This document shows, piece after piece, positions 33,157 to 45,317 of a DNA stretch of 64,000 nt. This stretch comes from Cyanophora paradoxa CCMP329 (lineage: Eukaryota > Plantae > Glaucophyta), in contig QPMI01000282.1 in assembly GCA_004431415.1 (NCBI GenBank), forward strand, positions 24,314-88,313, given 5' to 3'. The notes beneath the pieces are model-generated. The model had not been told where the DNA came from. It was given only the letters and a program-made list of their open reading frames with translations, and did no database searches. The stretch's first letter is position 1, and every line of letters starts with the position of its first letter. The position numbers were made by a program, and so were the translations under genes.

Positions 33157-34828
33157 CTGACAGAACTGGGGGGGGCGGTATTAATTAAATATATAGTGAT
33201 CAAGCCTTGAAGGTGGGCTGATCACAATTATACAATCATGATCATGACTCTAGATCTTTAATAAAGGGCCACTGACTTGCCGCGCGCGTCAGTTGGGTCC
33301 GGGGAAGGGCATTTAACCTCGGCGAATCCAAGATCTAGATGCAGAGGGCAGCTGCAGGGACTTATATAATTAAGCTTAAGCTTAAGAAGGCGCGCGCGCG
33401 GTGGCCAGCTGCAGGCGAGCCGCCGGGCCGGCTCCGGCCGAGGCTGGCCATGCCAGGCGAGCTCAGCGGCTGTCCTCGCGATCGAGGCGAGCTGTCCTCT
33501 TAGAGGTAGACCTCATGATCAGGGCCTAGCGAGCTAGCTATAGCTATGTAAGGCGCGGGCCTTGGGAAGGGGGAGGGAACCTTAAGCTTGTCTGGCCATA
33601 TGCATGGACGTGCTCGAGCTCCTGCCAGGCTGCGCATGCCCCGCGGCCGTCGCGCGCGTGAGGCGTGGCGGGTGCACGAGTGCGCATGTGCTGCGGGTGC
33701 ACGTGCGTCCCGGCGTGGCTATATATATAGCTAGGGGCTGGCCTAGGCCTCCGCGCGATCTGGGCGCGGGCGCGGGGACGCTGCTCAAGCTCACGTTCCG
33801 CTCAGAAAGCTGCGCAGCGGGCCAGCTCATGATCATGATCAGCGGCGCCGGCTGCAGCAGGCATGCGCATCGCGCGCGCGCGGGGCTCTGCGTCGCGCGG
33901 CGCGCGCGCCGCGCGGCCGCGGGCGTCGGCTTGTTGCAAGTGGCATAGCCGGCCAAGTGCGGTCGGCTTGCGGCCGGCTTGTGCAATTGCGTCGGGGCGC
34001 GGTTGGCGCGGGTGAAGCGTGCGCGGCTGGCGCGGCTAGCCGCTGAGCCACAGCAAACTGCCGCGCGCGCGAGAGGCGTAACCATTGTTGAGCCGATCGA
34101 GCCGAGCTGCGGCGCCCGGGGAGAAAGCGTGGGGGAGAAAGTGGCCGGGGGAGACCGTAAAAAGACTTTTGCAGGGTAAGTTAACGCACTCTCCAATGTG
34201 ATTGGCTAGCGCGCGCGGCGTCCTCCCACGCGACCGCGTTCGCGCCCGGCCTCGCTCTTGCAGTACGGAATGTCAAACATGATGCGCGCAACGACCTCGA
34301 ACTGGTCTGGCCCGTATATCTGCTCTCTGTGCGTCGCTGGACCCATTTTTGTCCCGGGTGTTGGTGCCTGTTCCTGGATCACCCTTTGGTCGGACGGGAC
34401 CGGGAGACATGGTTTCGGGGTCCCCTGGGGATGCGCTTTCAGGATGTACCGCGCGGCCCCGGTTTTGCGGAGGTCGGGGAAATGGGATTTGGGTTAGGGT
34501 TGGCCAGTGGGCCCAAGGGACAGGGACAGGGGAAGTGTTTTACCCTTCCCCAATCAATGCGCCGACCTTCTCGATTCCCGCGAGGACCTCGGGATCGAAA
34601 CGAAGGCTTTCCCGCGTCAGCAGCGCCCGGTCGCTGAAGGATCGGAGGGCGCGCTCAAATTTGATTCAAATTCAAAAGACGGCGCTGTGAGGCCGCCGGA
34701 TCGGACCTGTGGAGGGCGGGGTCGAAATGGGGATCTCCGGGGGCCGGCGACGCGAATGAGGACCGCAGCTCCTCGATCAGAGGCGGCTGCGGGGGGGCCG
34801 GGGCCAGCTGAGTCGAGCTGGGTCATGA

Positions 34829-35322
34829 TCAGCTGCAGGTGAAAGAATTCAAGCGTACCGTGTACGATCGCGAGGGGGCTGACTGCTTTGGGGGCGCGGA
34901 GCGGGGTCGCGCGCGCGAGGCCGAAGGGCGCAGGGTAGCTGGGGCGCCGGCGCCGGCGCTGCGGGGCCGCCCGAGAAGCACGCGCGGGAATCGATATTCG
35001 GCCAGAGCGTCGACGTCGGACAGGATGGAGGCGGCCGCCTGGAGGTCCGCCAGGACGCGCTGCTCGTGCGACGCAGCGGCGGCAGCTGCGGCGTTAACGT
35101 CGGTCGCACCCGCGGCCGCGGCGGCCGGCGCGTATGCATCCAGCTCCCCGCCGGCGCCGCCGGCCGCGGGCGCGGGCTCGGGGCTCTCGCTGCACTGAGA
35201 TGCCGAGCGATGGGAAGCGCTGCAGCTGGCCAGGGCGAGGGCCATGAATCCAGATCCTTCTTCGGCCGAGGCTGGGGGCGCTCCCACGTCCGTTATATCT
35301 ATGGCCGCGGCGCCGGCTGACT

Positions 35323-35371
<49 letters not shown>

Positions 35372-35458
35372 TGCGCCGACGTCGGCGGGCGCACCATATG
35401 CATGACCAGCGCCGCCGGCCGCGGCGCCGGCGCCGCTGTCAGTCTGATCCATGCGCAT
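34829..35458 (-). CDS. Ala-rich hypothetical ORF (poly-GCC tract 35323-35369)
   Basis: 209-aa ORF with a host-like segment HEQRVLADLQAAASILSDVDALAEYRFP. No family motif. Confidence 0.3.
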
Positions 35459-36598
35459 GTTGCTCGCTTCAAGGCTTCACTGCACCGCGCACTGATATCG
35501 ATATATACTGATCGCTTCAGTGCAGCTCAGCGGCTGCGACCGGTCGCCGGCGCGCGCAGCGCACGCGTTCGCGCGCACCAGCTGCTGAGCGCCACGAATC
35601 CCGCGATGCACCAGGCGCGCATGCGCAGCTGCGATTCGAATTCCTGATACTAGTATCGCCTGCAGCATGCGCACGTGCGGGCGTACGTATACGCGGCGCC
35701 GTCGGGAGCTCGAGATCTAGAGCGCCAAAATTAGCGCTCAAGCTGCGGCGCGGCTCAACTGCCACATCATGGGCCTTCATCATCAGCTTCATGGCGCTGC
35801 ATGCGCAGCTAGCGATCGCGATGGCGGACGTCGACTCCGATCAAATTCGAACTCGGAGGTGCGAAAAAAAGGACTCCGGGAATCCGAACCGGGATCTCCG
35901 AGGCGAAAATAATCGCTCGGAGTCGGAGCCATTTCCCTCACCTGATCATGAGCCGCCGGGCCGCGAGGCTGAGCCGCTGAGCCGCCTGAGCGCTCATCGA
36001 GCATGGGCGCTCACTGGCTCATCCCTGAGCGACACCGGCCCGCGGCGCCGGCGGCTACCGGCATGCCGGCTGCGGTCGCTAGCGCTCACTGAGTCAAGCG
36101 CTAGCGCTTATGATCATGATCATGATCAGCCTGGGCTCGGCCGCGGGAAGTCGGGCCCCGGGGGGCCCGGGGACCGGCCGTACCGTGGGTCATGCATATA
36201 TATGATCGCCGGCTCGCGGCCACGGGACGCAGCCTGCAGCTGGCGGCGCCGCGGTGCAGCCGGTGGAGACCGGATCCGGAGCCGCGGGGCCCGGGGGCCG
36301 CGGCGCCGGCCGGGCCCGGCCGGCCGCGCGCGGGGCCGGGGCGCCGGGGGGCCCGCGGCGGCAAGCCTGGCAAGCTGGCAACGTTAGCGCGGTACTGAGT
36401 TATACGTTTATGGTATATGCGCGCGCATGCACATGTATTACTCGCTTAATCCTAAATTAATTTCCATTTCGAATTCGGCCGTCCCCGGTCCCGGCCCGGA
36501 GTCCCCCTAGGCCATATAGGCCTAGGCCTGCTCGAGCTCCCCCCTTCTCGAGCTCCCCAGGTCAATGGTTCCAATCGCGATTTGTCATCGCACTCGCA

Positions 36599-39500
36599 CT
36601 AAGACTTTCCAAAGGCCTGGATGAGGTGGAGGAGAGTGAGCAGATCGCCCCCGGGAGAGGGCCCGGCCGGAGGCGCGGGGGCGGCCGCGGCCGCAGGGTG
36701 CGCGTAGCTATAGACGCTCGCAGCCGGGATCGGAGCTCGATCACGAGGCGGCGGGGCCGCGCCCAGCTGCAGGGGACAGCCGGCAGGGAAGGAAGGCGGG
36801 GCTGGGCAGAAGGCCGGCTCTGGGGCCGCTGCCGGGAAAGCCAGATACGCTGAAGAAGTTGCGGCTGCAGAGGGAGGCTGAGCTGAGAAGTGGGCTGGCT
36901 GCGGCCGCGGGGTGGGGAAGGACGGATCCGGAGATCTAGAGGATGCCCAGGCGGCGGATTCAGCGGGGATCCGGAGGGCGACGTTGGAGAGGGGCGGGTG
37001 GTGGCTCGCGACCGGGGCGGCGGGCCCGGGAAAGGCGCCGCCGAAGATGGGGGCCGGCCATGGACACGCCGACTCGGGCTCGGCGTCGTCGGTCGGTGCG
37101 TATGCGCCGCCGGCGCCGCCATGGCCATACACTGTATCCAGCTTCTGCTTCTTCTCGCCGCCGGTGCGGCCGACGGCCGCGGGCCCGGGCCCCGGCGGGT
37201 CCTGCAGCTGGCCTGCTCGCGATCGGTCATCGGAAAAATTTGCAGTCTGCGTATAGATGTGAAAAAGGCACCTTGCTTGCGCTTTTGCTGTGCCTGATTC
37301 GCCTGTTGCTGCTCCGAGTCGCCCAGCTCGTTGTATCCATGGCCAGTTGCAAGGGTAGCGAGCGCGCTTTGGAGCATCGCGCCAACCCCCAGTGCTTTCG
37401 ACAGCGCATGTAAGCTCATCTGCATCGAGAATAGCAAGGATCGGCGTGCAGACTTCGCCAGCGCGCCAGCGAGAGCACTCGACATCGATCGCGACGCACC
37501 TCAGGAGCTGCTGGCGCCACGCGCCGAAAAACTGCCGTGAGGGTGCTCTGATCGGCAGGCACGCCCGCCACGGCCTGCCGCGCCCGGAACAGCGTAAATT
37601 GCGAGGTTGCAATTGGCAGTCGCACAGCAATTTCGCACCGAATGCCACCAAGAGAAGCATTTGAGAATACGCGAGTGAACGGCGTAAACACGGTTCTTGT
37701 CAGGAACCGCAGCGAGAAATCCACTGCGCTGCGAAGCTTCGACGACTATTCGCGTGGCGGCTTGCAGGGTGCTCTGCAGCCGCAAACAGCGTCAGCTTTG
37801 CGCCGACTATGCACATCTAGATCTAGCATCGATGTGTCGCACCTGGAGCTCCTGCGCTGAGGTAGGCGCGCGGGGCATCTCCTGCGCCAGTGTCTGGCCC
37901 CATTCCGATATTTCCTCCTCGGAAGGACTGAAGTACTTCCGAACGAAATCCGAGTCGGGAGGCTGCGACTGCCGCCCACGGCGCCCTCGTAAACATCTTA
38001 CAAGGAGAGCATCGAAAGAAAGAATGAAAGAATGTCGTTTATGACGCACGCGTTTGGTCAGAGGCGGGGCGCCGGTTGGAGGCGGGGCGCCGGATGGGAG
38101 GCACGAATTCGAATTCGGCAGCGGAGCGCCGGTTGCGATTTTCGTTCCAGCGTCATGATCAAGGTAGGGAACGCAGTGTACGCCGAATTCGGCCATGATT
38201 TCCGCATTCACGCACTGCGCAAGCAGGACGATTCAAGCCACAAAAGCTAAGAAATTAAAGTCGCATCATGCACGGATCTAGAAAGCTCTTCGATCGCGAT
38301 TCCATTGCAGCCAGTTGCGGACCTGTTTGCCAGTAAGCCGCTTATAGACATCGGCGAGCGTGCTGCTCGGCCCATCCATCCCGCTGACGCGCTGTCCATG
38401 GCAGCCAAACAGCATGCACAGTTAGAGGCCGTGTCTGGTATTCGAAAAATAGGACGGTTTCACCTCGTGCCAGCGCATGAAACAACCGGCAATCCAACCG
38501 CGAATCTGCGCCTTGCGTGGCCACGGAACCCCGGAGACTGCGTTGTCCCTCTGCACGCGCCGCGACACCGCCCGCGACGCAGCTCGCACGGCCGCCTGCG
38601 CGCGCGTGCGCATGCGGATCACGGGCTAGACAAAGGAAGCCCCGGCCCGAGGACGGGTCTACAGTTCGAGCCAGGCGGACCGCGAGGTCGCCCACGTTCT
38701 GAGGGGGCCCTAGGCCCCCGAGCTCCCGCAAGACATCTTCCACCTCGTCGCGATCGTCGCCGCCTGCACCGGGCTCGGGACCGGTACGCGCCCGCCCGCG
38801 CCGCGCCTGGCCAGAGGGTGCCGATCCGGAGGGTTCAGGTGCGGGCGGCGCGGCCGCGGGAAGCGTCGACGCCGCGAGGCCCTCGACTGCCTTCGCGAAA
38901 ATATCGTCGGCGCCGAAGTCGCGCAGGAGATCCGTGTATGGGACCTGCGAATATAATCAGAGAGCCGAGCTCGATGGAACACAGAGCGGGCACGCGAACC
39001 CCCCGCCCCGTCAGCTGGCGGTACACGGCACCCAGCCGGCTGCCATCCCCGACCACGCCAGACGTGTTCTGAAAATACAGTGAACGTGAGAAAAACTAAC
39101 GGAAGTGGCGAGCTCTGCGCGCCCGCGTCGGACCTGGTGCCAGCGATGGAAGCACGCGAGGGCCGAGTTGCGCAGGTTCGAGATGCGATGCTTGGCCGTA
39201 ATCTTCGCGAGAAGTCCCTCCCGCACTGCTCGTTCCGACACCAGCCGCGCCGCCGCCCGCATGGCCTCCTGCTAAAGGTGTCAGACAAGGATACTCAAAG
39301 AAAAGGAGATTCTTATGAAAGGCAGACCCCGAGTTCCAGGACAGTCTGCGGGGCGCGCGGCATTTCATTCAGAAGCTGGATCCAGTCTCGCCCGCGCATG
39401 TCACTGTTCTGCTGCTTCTGGTTCGAGCTTGATGGCGCTGCAGCGGCGGCAGAAGCGGCGTAAGTGGCGGAGGGGGCGGCGTCTCTGCGTTCGAGCTCGC

Positions 39501-41768
39501 CCACTGTTACGCCGGAGAGCGCGTCGCCCTGCAATCCGCGGCTGGCCGTTTTGCTGCCCAGCAGTCCGGCGGCGGCACGATGGCCACCGGTACCGGCCTC
39601 CGAGCCGAAAATCTGCTGCCCGAGCTGGCTATCAGAATCGTTCGTCTGGATGATGGTGCACGTGGCTCCTTCCGTGTTCGCTGCGATAACCGTGTTCGAC
39701 TGGGTGGTGGCGGCGGTAGATTGTTCCGCCTCCATGCCTGACCGATCGCGGCCCGCAGCCGTGTTTCTATCCGCTCGCGATCGGTTGTACTGCAGCAAGT
39801 GATCGAGTGCGGCCACGACGCCGAGCTCCTGCGATCGCGACGAGTCACCGAGCGGAAAACGAGACCAAGAATGAAGGGCCAGCTGACCGGGCGGCTCCCC
39901 GGGAACGTGCGGTAGAGCGCCAGAAATCGGCCGCCTCCGGATGCACCGGCAGGAGCAGAATCCGGTGCAGGGTTCGAATTCGAAGGGCTGACTCGCGCCA
40001 GCCAAGCATCCAGCTCCCGCAGTACTGCATTCGCATTTGCGTTGACCTGGAGCGGACATGCCTCGGAATGTTTTAATCACGAGATGGCAATGAGAATAAC
40101 AAAGCACTTTGATTTCTTTTAGGAGATTTCGAATGCCCTGCGCTGCACTCTGCAGCTCCTGCATGCTTGTCGGAGGGGAATTGTTCGACCCATTCGGGTT
40201 TCCAACGAGACAAGTGCCATCGGAGGGCAGCACAACGCCGGTGACGCCGAGGGTCGATCCCTCCAAATACGCGTACGGCGCCAGAAGCCATTTCAGCGCG
40301 CAATTAAAGCTAGTAGCCTTCTCTGGCTGTTAAGGATTTAGCTCGCATAATCAATTGAAGAGAACGAGAAAAGCAAAGCGACCTTTTGTTTTGAGAGGTT
40401 TCGAAGAACATCCTGCAGGCGAAGCCCGTCATTGCTCTGGCGCCGGCTGCTATTGTTCGTGCGACTCTGACACGGCTTCAAGATCAGGGGCGCGCGGGCA
40501 CTTCGGGAACACGCGCACGCGCAAAGCAGCAGCGCACCCGATACCAAGCGACGAACCGGCTCTGCAGGGTCCCCTTGTCGACGGCGGCCCGCTCATTCTT
40601 CGCCCCCGATCGGCTGGTTTTCGCGGTAGCCAGGCTGATTCTCACGATGGCCAGCAACGCGCAGCGCAGATCCCGAACGTTCTTAGGCGCGCTCCGCAGC
40701 TCGGGGCAGCCCTAGAGCCGGCGTTAATCATGATGGTACGTCGGGCGCACAAGCTATAGTTAGCGAGAGGTACGATCTTACATCGGCCCAAGCCAGGTGA
40801 TCGAGCTTCTGCTGACCCGCGGCCGCCTTGGATGTCGACCGCGACTCGTTTACCGGCGCCGCCTCTAGCCCTCGCCTGGCAGGGTCGGCTGGCGGCCCGG
40901 GAGCCCCCCGCGCAGCAATCGCGTCTGAGGGTATGGATCCGGAGGAACTCGGCAGGCTAAGGGAGGAATGATGCGGCTGCAGCTGGTTGCTGTGAGATGA
41001 AGAGGCGGGCGGATGTGGCAAGACGGCGGAGCCGGGCCGGGCCGGAACAGGTTGGGACTGAGTGTGGTGGGACTGGGACGAGGCGCCAGGGGGTGGAGAG
41101 GGGCGCGGCGGATAGCAGGATCCGGAGGGCCCGGGAGGCTTGGGCTGGTAATGAAGAGGCGTGGAGGACGGAGGTGACGTCGGCGTCGGCGGCAGAGTTG
41201 ACGAGGTTGAGGGCTGAAGGGGCAGAGGCGCGTGGCGGGCCTGAGCCAGCGGGCCGGAGGCTGGAAGGAGCTGTACGAGGTGTCCGGATCCGCCCGAGTC
41301 CGCCAGCGGCCGCGCGAGTCCTCCGAGCAGGCGCAGGACTATCTGCGGGGCGAGTCAAGAGTGCCGCGAAGGAAGGATGGGTGGGCTCGCCTCTCGCCCG
41401 GAGCCGCTGGTGGGGTACGCCATTGGCTGCGGTGATTAAAAGTGTGTGAGAGCACGAAAAGAGAGGGGGGGGGGGCGGGGCCGAGGGGGAGAAGCAGCAG
41501 ATAGAGCGCAGATTCTAAGCAGTGGGGTCGGGAAGTGCGGGAGAGGGAGAGGGACCCAGACACGGAAGTGCTGGGGCCAGGGGCGGGTGGGAAGGTGGAA
41601 GGGAATACACGAAGCGGTCGGAGTGGGGCTAGGGGTAAGGGGAGACCGGAAAGGGGCGAAAGGGGGGGGGAAGGGGGGAGGTGGAGTGGGAGGGGGGAAC
41701 GTGGCGGCGTAGAGGCCGGGCTAGACAGGAAGCCAAGAAGCGGAATGGCTGAGGCGCTGGGTTGGGGG

Positions 41769-41802
<34 letters not shown>

Positions 41803-42545
41803 GGGGGGAGGGGAGGGCGGGTGGCACCTCCATTTTTGAGAGGACGGCATGGATCGAGTGCTCGGCATCGCTCGATGACGGCGCGGCGCGCAGAACGGCC
41901 TGCGATCAGTGAGCGGGAATTCGAAGTGCAGAGGATTGAGATCTAGAAGCGCCCGGCTCGCACCCTGTGCCAGTTGGCGAACTGCTGCAGAAGAAACGCG
42001 GGATCCACACGGCCTTCGGGGCTCGCGATGCGCCGCGCGATGAAGAGCAGAACTGAAGCGACGTCGTCCACGCAGCGGGGAGGCGCGCGCACGGCCGCCG
42101 GTGGCTCTTCCGCTTGCAGCGCTGCAGCTGCAGCCGCAGACGATTTCGTTGCAGAAGCCTGCGAAGCGCTGCCTCCGGAGGGCGTCGATGCCGCGCCGTG
42201 CGCGCCGCCCGCGACCGCGGGCGCCGGCGAAGCTGCAGCTGTGAAATTCAAACCCAATCGACATGCCGGGCTGACTGAAGCTGCCTGAGCAGCATCACCG
42301 ATCTGCTGATGGCCACGCTCGCGTAGCTCGTTTGCAATTGGAGCGGCCGCGGCCGCGGCCGAGAACGCTAACGCTTCCGCCTCGGCGAAGAGCGCGTCTT
42401 CGTCGGAGATGAGATGCGCTGGTGCTGCGTTCTCTACTTTCCAGTCGTGCTCCTCGCAGGCCTCTGATGCATCCGCTTCTTCATCTCCTTCGTCGTCGCG
42501 GATCGGCGAACCGATCGGCGAGATGTAGCCTGCGCGGAGGCGCAT
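36599..42545 (-). CDS. Large multi-exon hypothetical gene (possibly degenerate) with an internal repeat and an expanded intron
   Basis: Series of minus-strand coding segments with splice-like boundaries, from MRLRAGYISP... to ...LLHLIQAFGKS*. Repeated W..L..EMPRAP...EL motif. Weaker codon bias than neighbours, and not all exons could be joined. Confidence 0.4.
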
Positions 42546-43195
42546 CAGCGAGCGCTCGCATCAGCGAGGCGCATCATCGAGCGCACCGTCGGCGCTCGCC
42601 AGGTTGCGAGAACGTCGAAGAAACAGTGCGCCAGGCCGGGTACGCGATTTTACGTACGCTGCTGCTGCGCATGCGCATGCCGAGTTCGAATTGCAATTAA
42701 GCGCATGCGCATGCAACGCTAGCTAAATTGTTCTTTCGACGCAGCCGGATCTGGAGAGCGCGCGCGCGCACGCCTCAAATGTGCGCATGCAAGCTAGCGC
42801 TAGCCTCAAGCCTCAAGGCCTCAAGCTTTGATTTAGGGGTCTAGGCCTCTAGTGACAGCCCCTGCGGCTGCACGGGCAGCTGCCCCTAACCTGCACCGCC
42901 GGCCGCGGCGCCGCCTCCAGATCTTCGAATCGCAAAAACAGGTGAAAATCGATATCGAAGTCGACACGCGTACAAAAAGGCTGCCAAAACTGATAAGCTG
43001 TTGAGGGAAAAAGCGCATGGGATGTGGTTCGAAACAGCTGCTATACAAGTCTCGCACAGGGGAAAAAGGCGCCGCCCCAAACGGTACAGATGGGCGAAAA
43101 GGGGGAAACTGAGCTCAAGCGGGGGTGCCGTCCCGGCCCCCCCCAAAAAGCGAAAAAGACCAGCCAAAAAATCCAGGCTCTCCGACGGAGGCTAG

Positions 43196-43262
43196 CTAGG
43201 GGGAGGCGCGATTGGAGCCGGAGCGGCGGAGGGAGGGCGAGTGTGCGAGGTTCATTGGGGGG

Positions 43263-43297
<35 letters not shown>

Positions 43298-44985
43298 ACC
43301 GCCCTTGGGCGAGGCCGGCAAGTTGGACCCCGGGGACGCCTCCCCACCCGCCGCCGCCGCCCCGGCTGCTGTCGGAGACGCCATCCCCTCCGGGGGCGGC
43401 GAGCCCTTCCCGTGGAGCGGGCCCGGGTACAGCTTCCGGATGGCGGCGTACAGGATCTCGCCGAACCGGTCGTGCCCTGCCGCCTCGGATCGGATGGGGT
43501 ACATAGAGACGGGGGGGGGGTACGCGGACCGAGGGCGGAGAGGTGGACGCCGTCGTCGGCCCACAGCTCGCGGCGGTCCTTCGCGGAGAGCTCGCTGTAC
43601 GCCATCTGAGGGGCGCGGGTTCGAATCCGGGCGGGGACTCGTTCTTTCTCGGGAGTGGAGGGGGGTACGGGCCTCCTTTCCGATATCGGCGAGGCCCGTC
43701 TCGCGGCAGGAGAGGGCGTAGGAGCGGAGGTACTCGTTCAGCTGCGCACGAAGGTTCCGGCAGAGATCGAAGTCGATCCCGGGCGGCTCCTGTACCCCCC
43801 CCGCCGCCTTGAGACCCGGGGCGAGGTGGTGGCGGTGCACGTGGGAAAGGGGTACGCACAGCGCGTCCCTGGGGCAGCGTGACGACGACGGTGCGGCAGC
43901 CGTGCTCCTTGGAGGCCACTGCGGGGCGAGCGCGCTCTCAGAGGGGGGAAGGAGGGAGGGAGGGCTATGGGGCGGGCGGCGGCGGAGCGGACGGTGCATG
44001 GTGCACAGCGCGTTCGAGAGGTCCGCCATCGGCATCTCGCGTACCCCGAAGCCGGCCTGCCCGCCCGCGGCGTCGGCTGGCCGGGCGCGACCGCGCGGAA
44101 CGGAGGGCGGACCTGCGCCTTCTTGGCCAGGTCGACCTCGCCGGCGCAGATCACCACCACCTCGTACGGCGCCCCCTGCGGCGCGTTTGAGCCTTGAAGG
44201 GCCAAGGCGGAGGGGCCGGGCGAGGGCTGGAGAGCGGGGCGCGCCGTCGGGCGGGGCATGGTGGTCCCTTCCAGCAGCCGCTTGAGCCGCGCGGCCATCA
44301 TGTCTGCGGGCGCACGTCGCGCCGAATCCGGCGACGCCGACCGCGGGCGGCACCTGTGCTCTCGTTCGCCGCCGCCCGCAGCTCCACAGAGATCTAATCG
44401 CAAGAACAGCCGTCAAGGGGCGCGCCTGGTCGGGCGGCGAGTCGAGGGCGCTCGGTGAACTCACGTGATCCGACCCGAAGGCTCGCTCCAAATGCTCCTG
44501 CAGCTTGATCGCCGCGCTGTGATTTCTCTTCACTGGAGGGTTGACACCTGCGCGGATCGAAACCTCCGGCGGTCAGCGGGAGGTGGGGATGCGGAGGCGC
44601 GAGAGGCCAGCAAATCTCCTTCCAGACCGTGGGGATCGCTCTAGACCGCGCCCCGCGAGCAACGCACGAAACCCTTCAGGATAGCTCCTCGAACCCCGCG
44701 GCTCGACCCGACGACCCCCAGCGCGACTGCCGATCTAGGCACATACAGTCTTCGCGCACCTGCCATGACCGTCGCCCCGAACAGCAGGACCCTGAGCCTG
44801 TTCTTCTTGGGCGACGCTTTGCTTGAGCCCGCGGGGCTGATCGGGCTGCTGGAGCTCCGCGTCGCCTCCAACGACGTGTCGACCGATATCCTCACCCGCG
44901 GCGGGCTCTTGCTGGCCCGCCGGAGGCTCTTGGGACTGTGCTGGGTCATCTGGGCAACTTCGCTGGGCGAGCCGTCGAGGCCCAT
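43196..44985 (-). CDS. SGNH/GDSL-hydrolase-fold protein with substituted catalytic motifs
   Basis: Block I-like RVLLFGATVMAG, block III-like VVVICAGEVDL, RTVVVTLP, RAQLNEYLRSYA, LADI, and block V ADDGVHLSALGHDRFGEILY. Confidence 0.7.
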
Positions 44986-45317
44986 CCCCGGCGATTCCCC
45001 GCTTAGCTGCACTTATCTGTGTAATGCTGGAGCGCGCGTTGGCGCCGTTCGGTGCGCGTGAAGGTGCTGCCAGTGACTCGAAAATGCCGGTTCGAATCCA
45101 ACGGGACCCTGATCGACGGGGACGCTCAGCAGCGTCTCCAGCGCTTTCCCGCCAACTTCCCGGAACTGCTAGTTGAAGCCGACATCGACCCGTGGTCCCT
45201 TGCAAGTCCTCAGTGAGCGAAGCCGAGCCGTTACCGGGGGCGGACCCTCGGAGCTTTCCCTCGGCGCGCGTCCCTTCGGGAGCTCTTGAGTCGTGGGCGT
45301 AGTGGCCCGAGAAAAGA

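Noticed and set aside
34488-34502. Interstitial telomeric repeat (GGGTTAGGGTT)
   Set aside because: Fewer than two full units.
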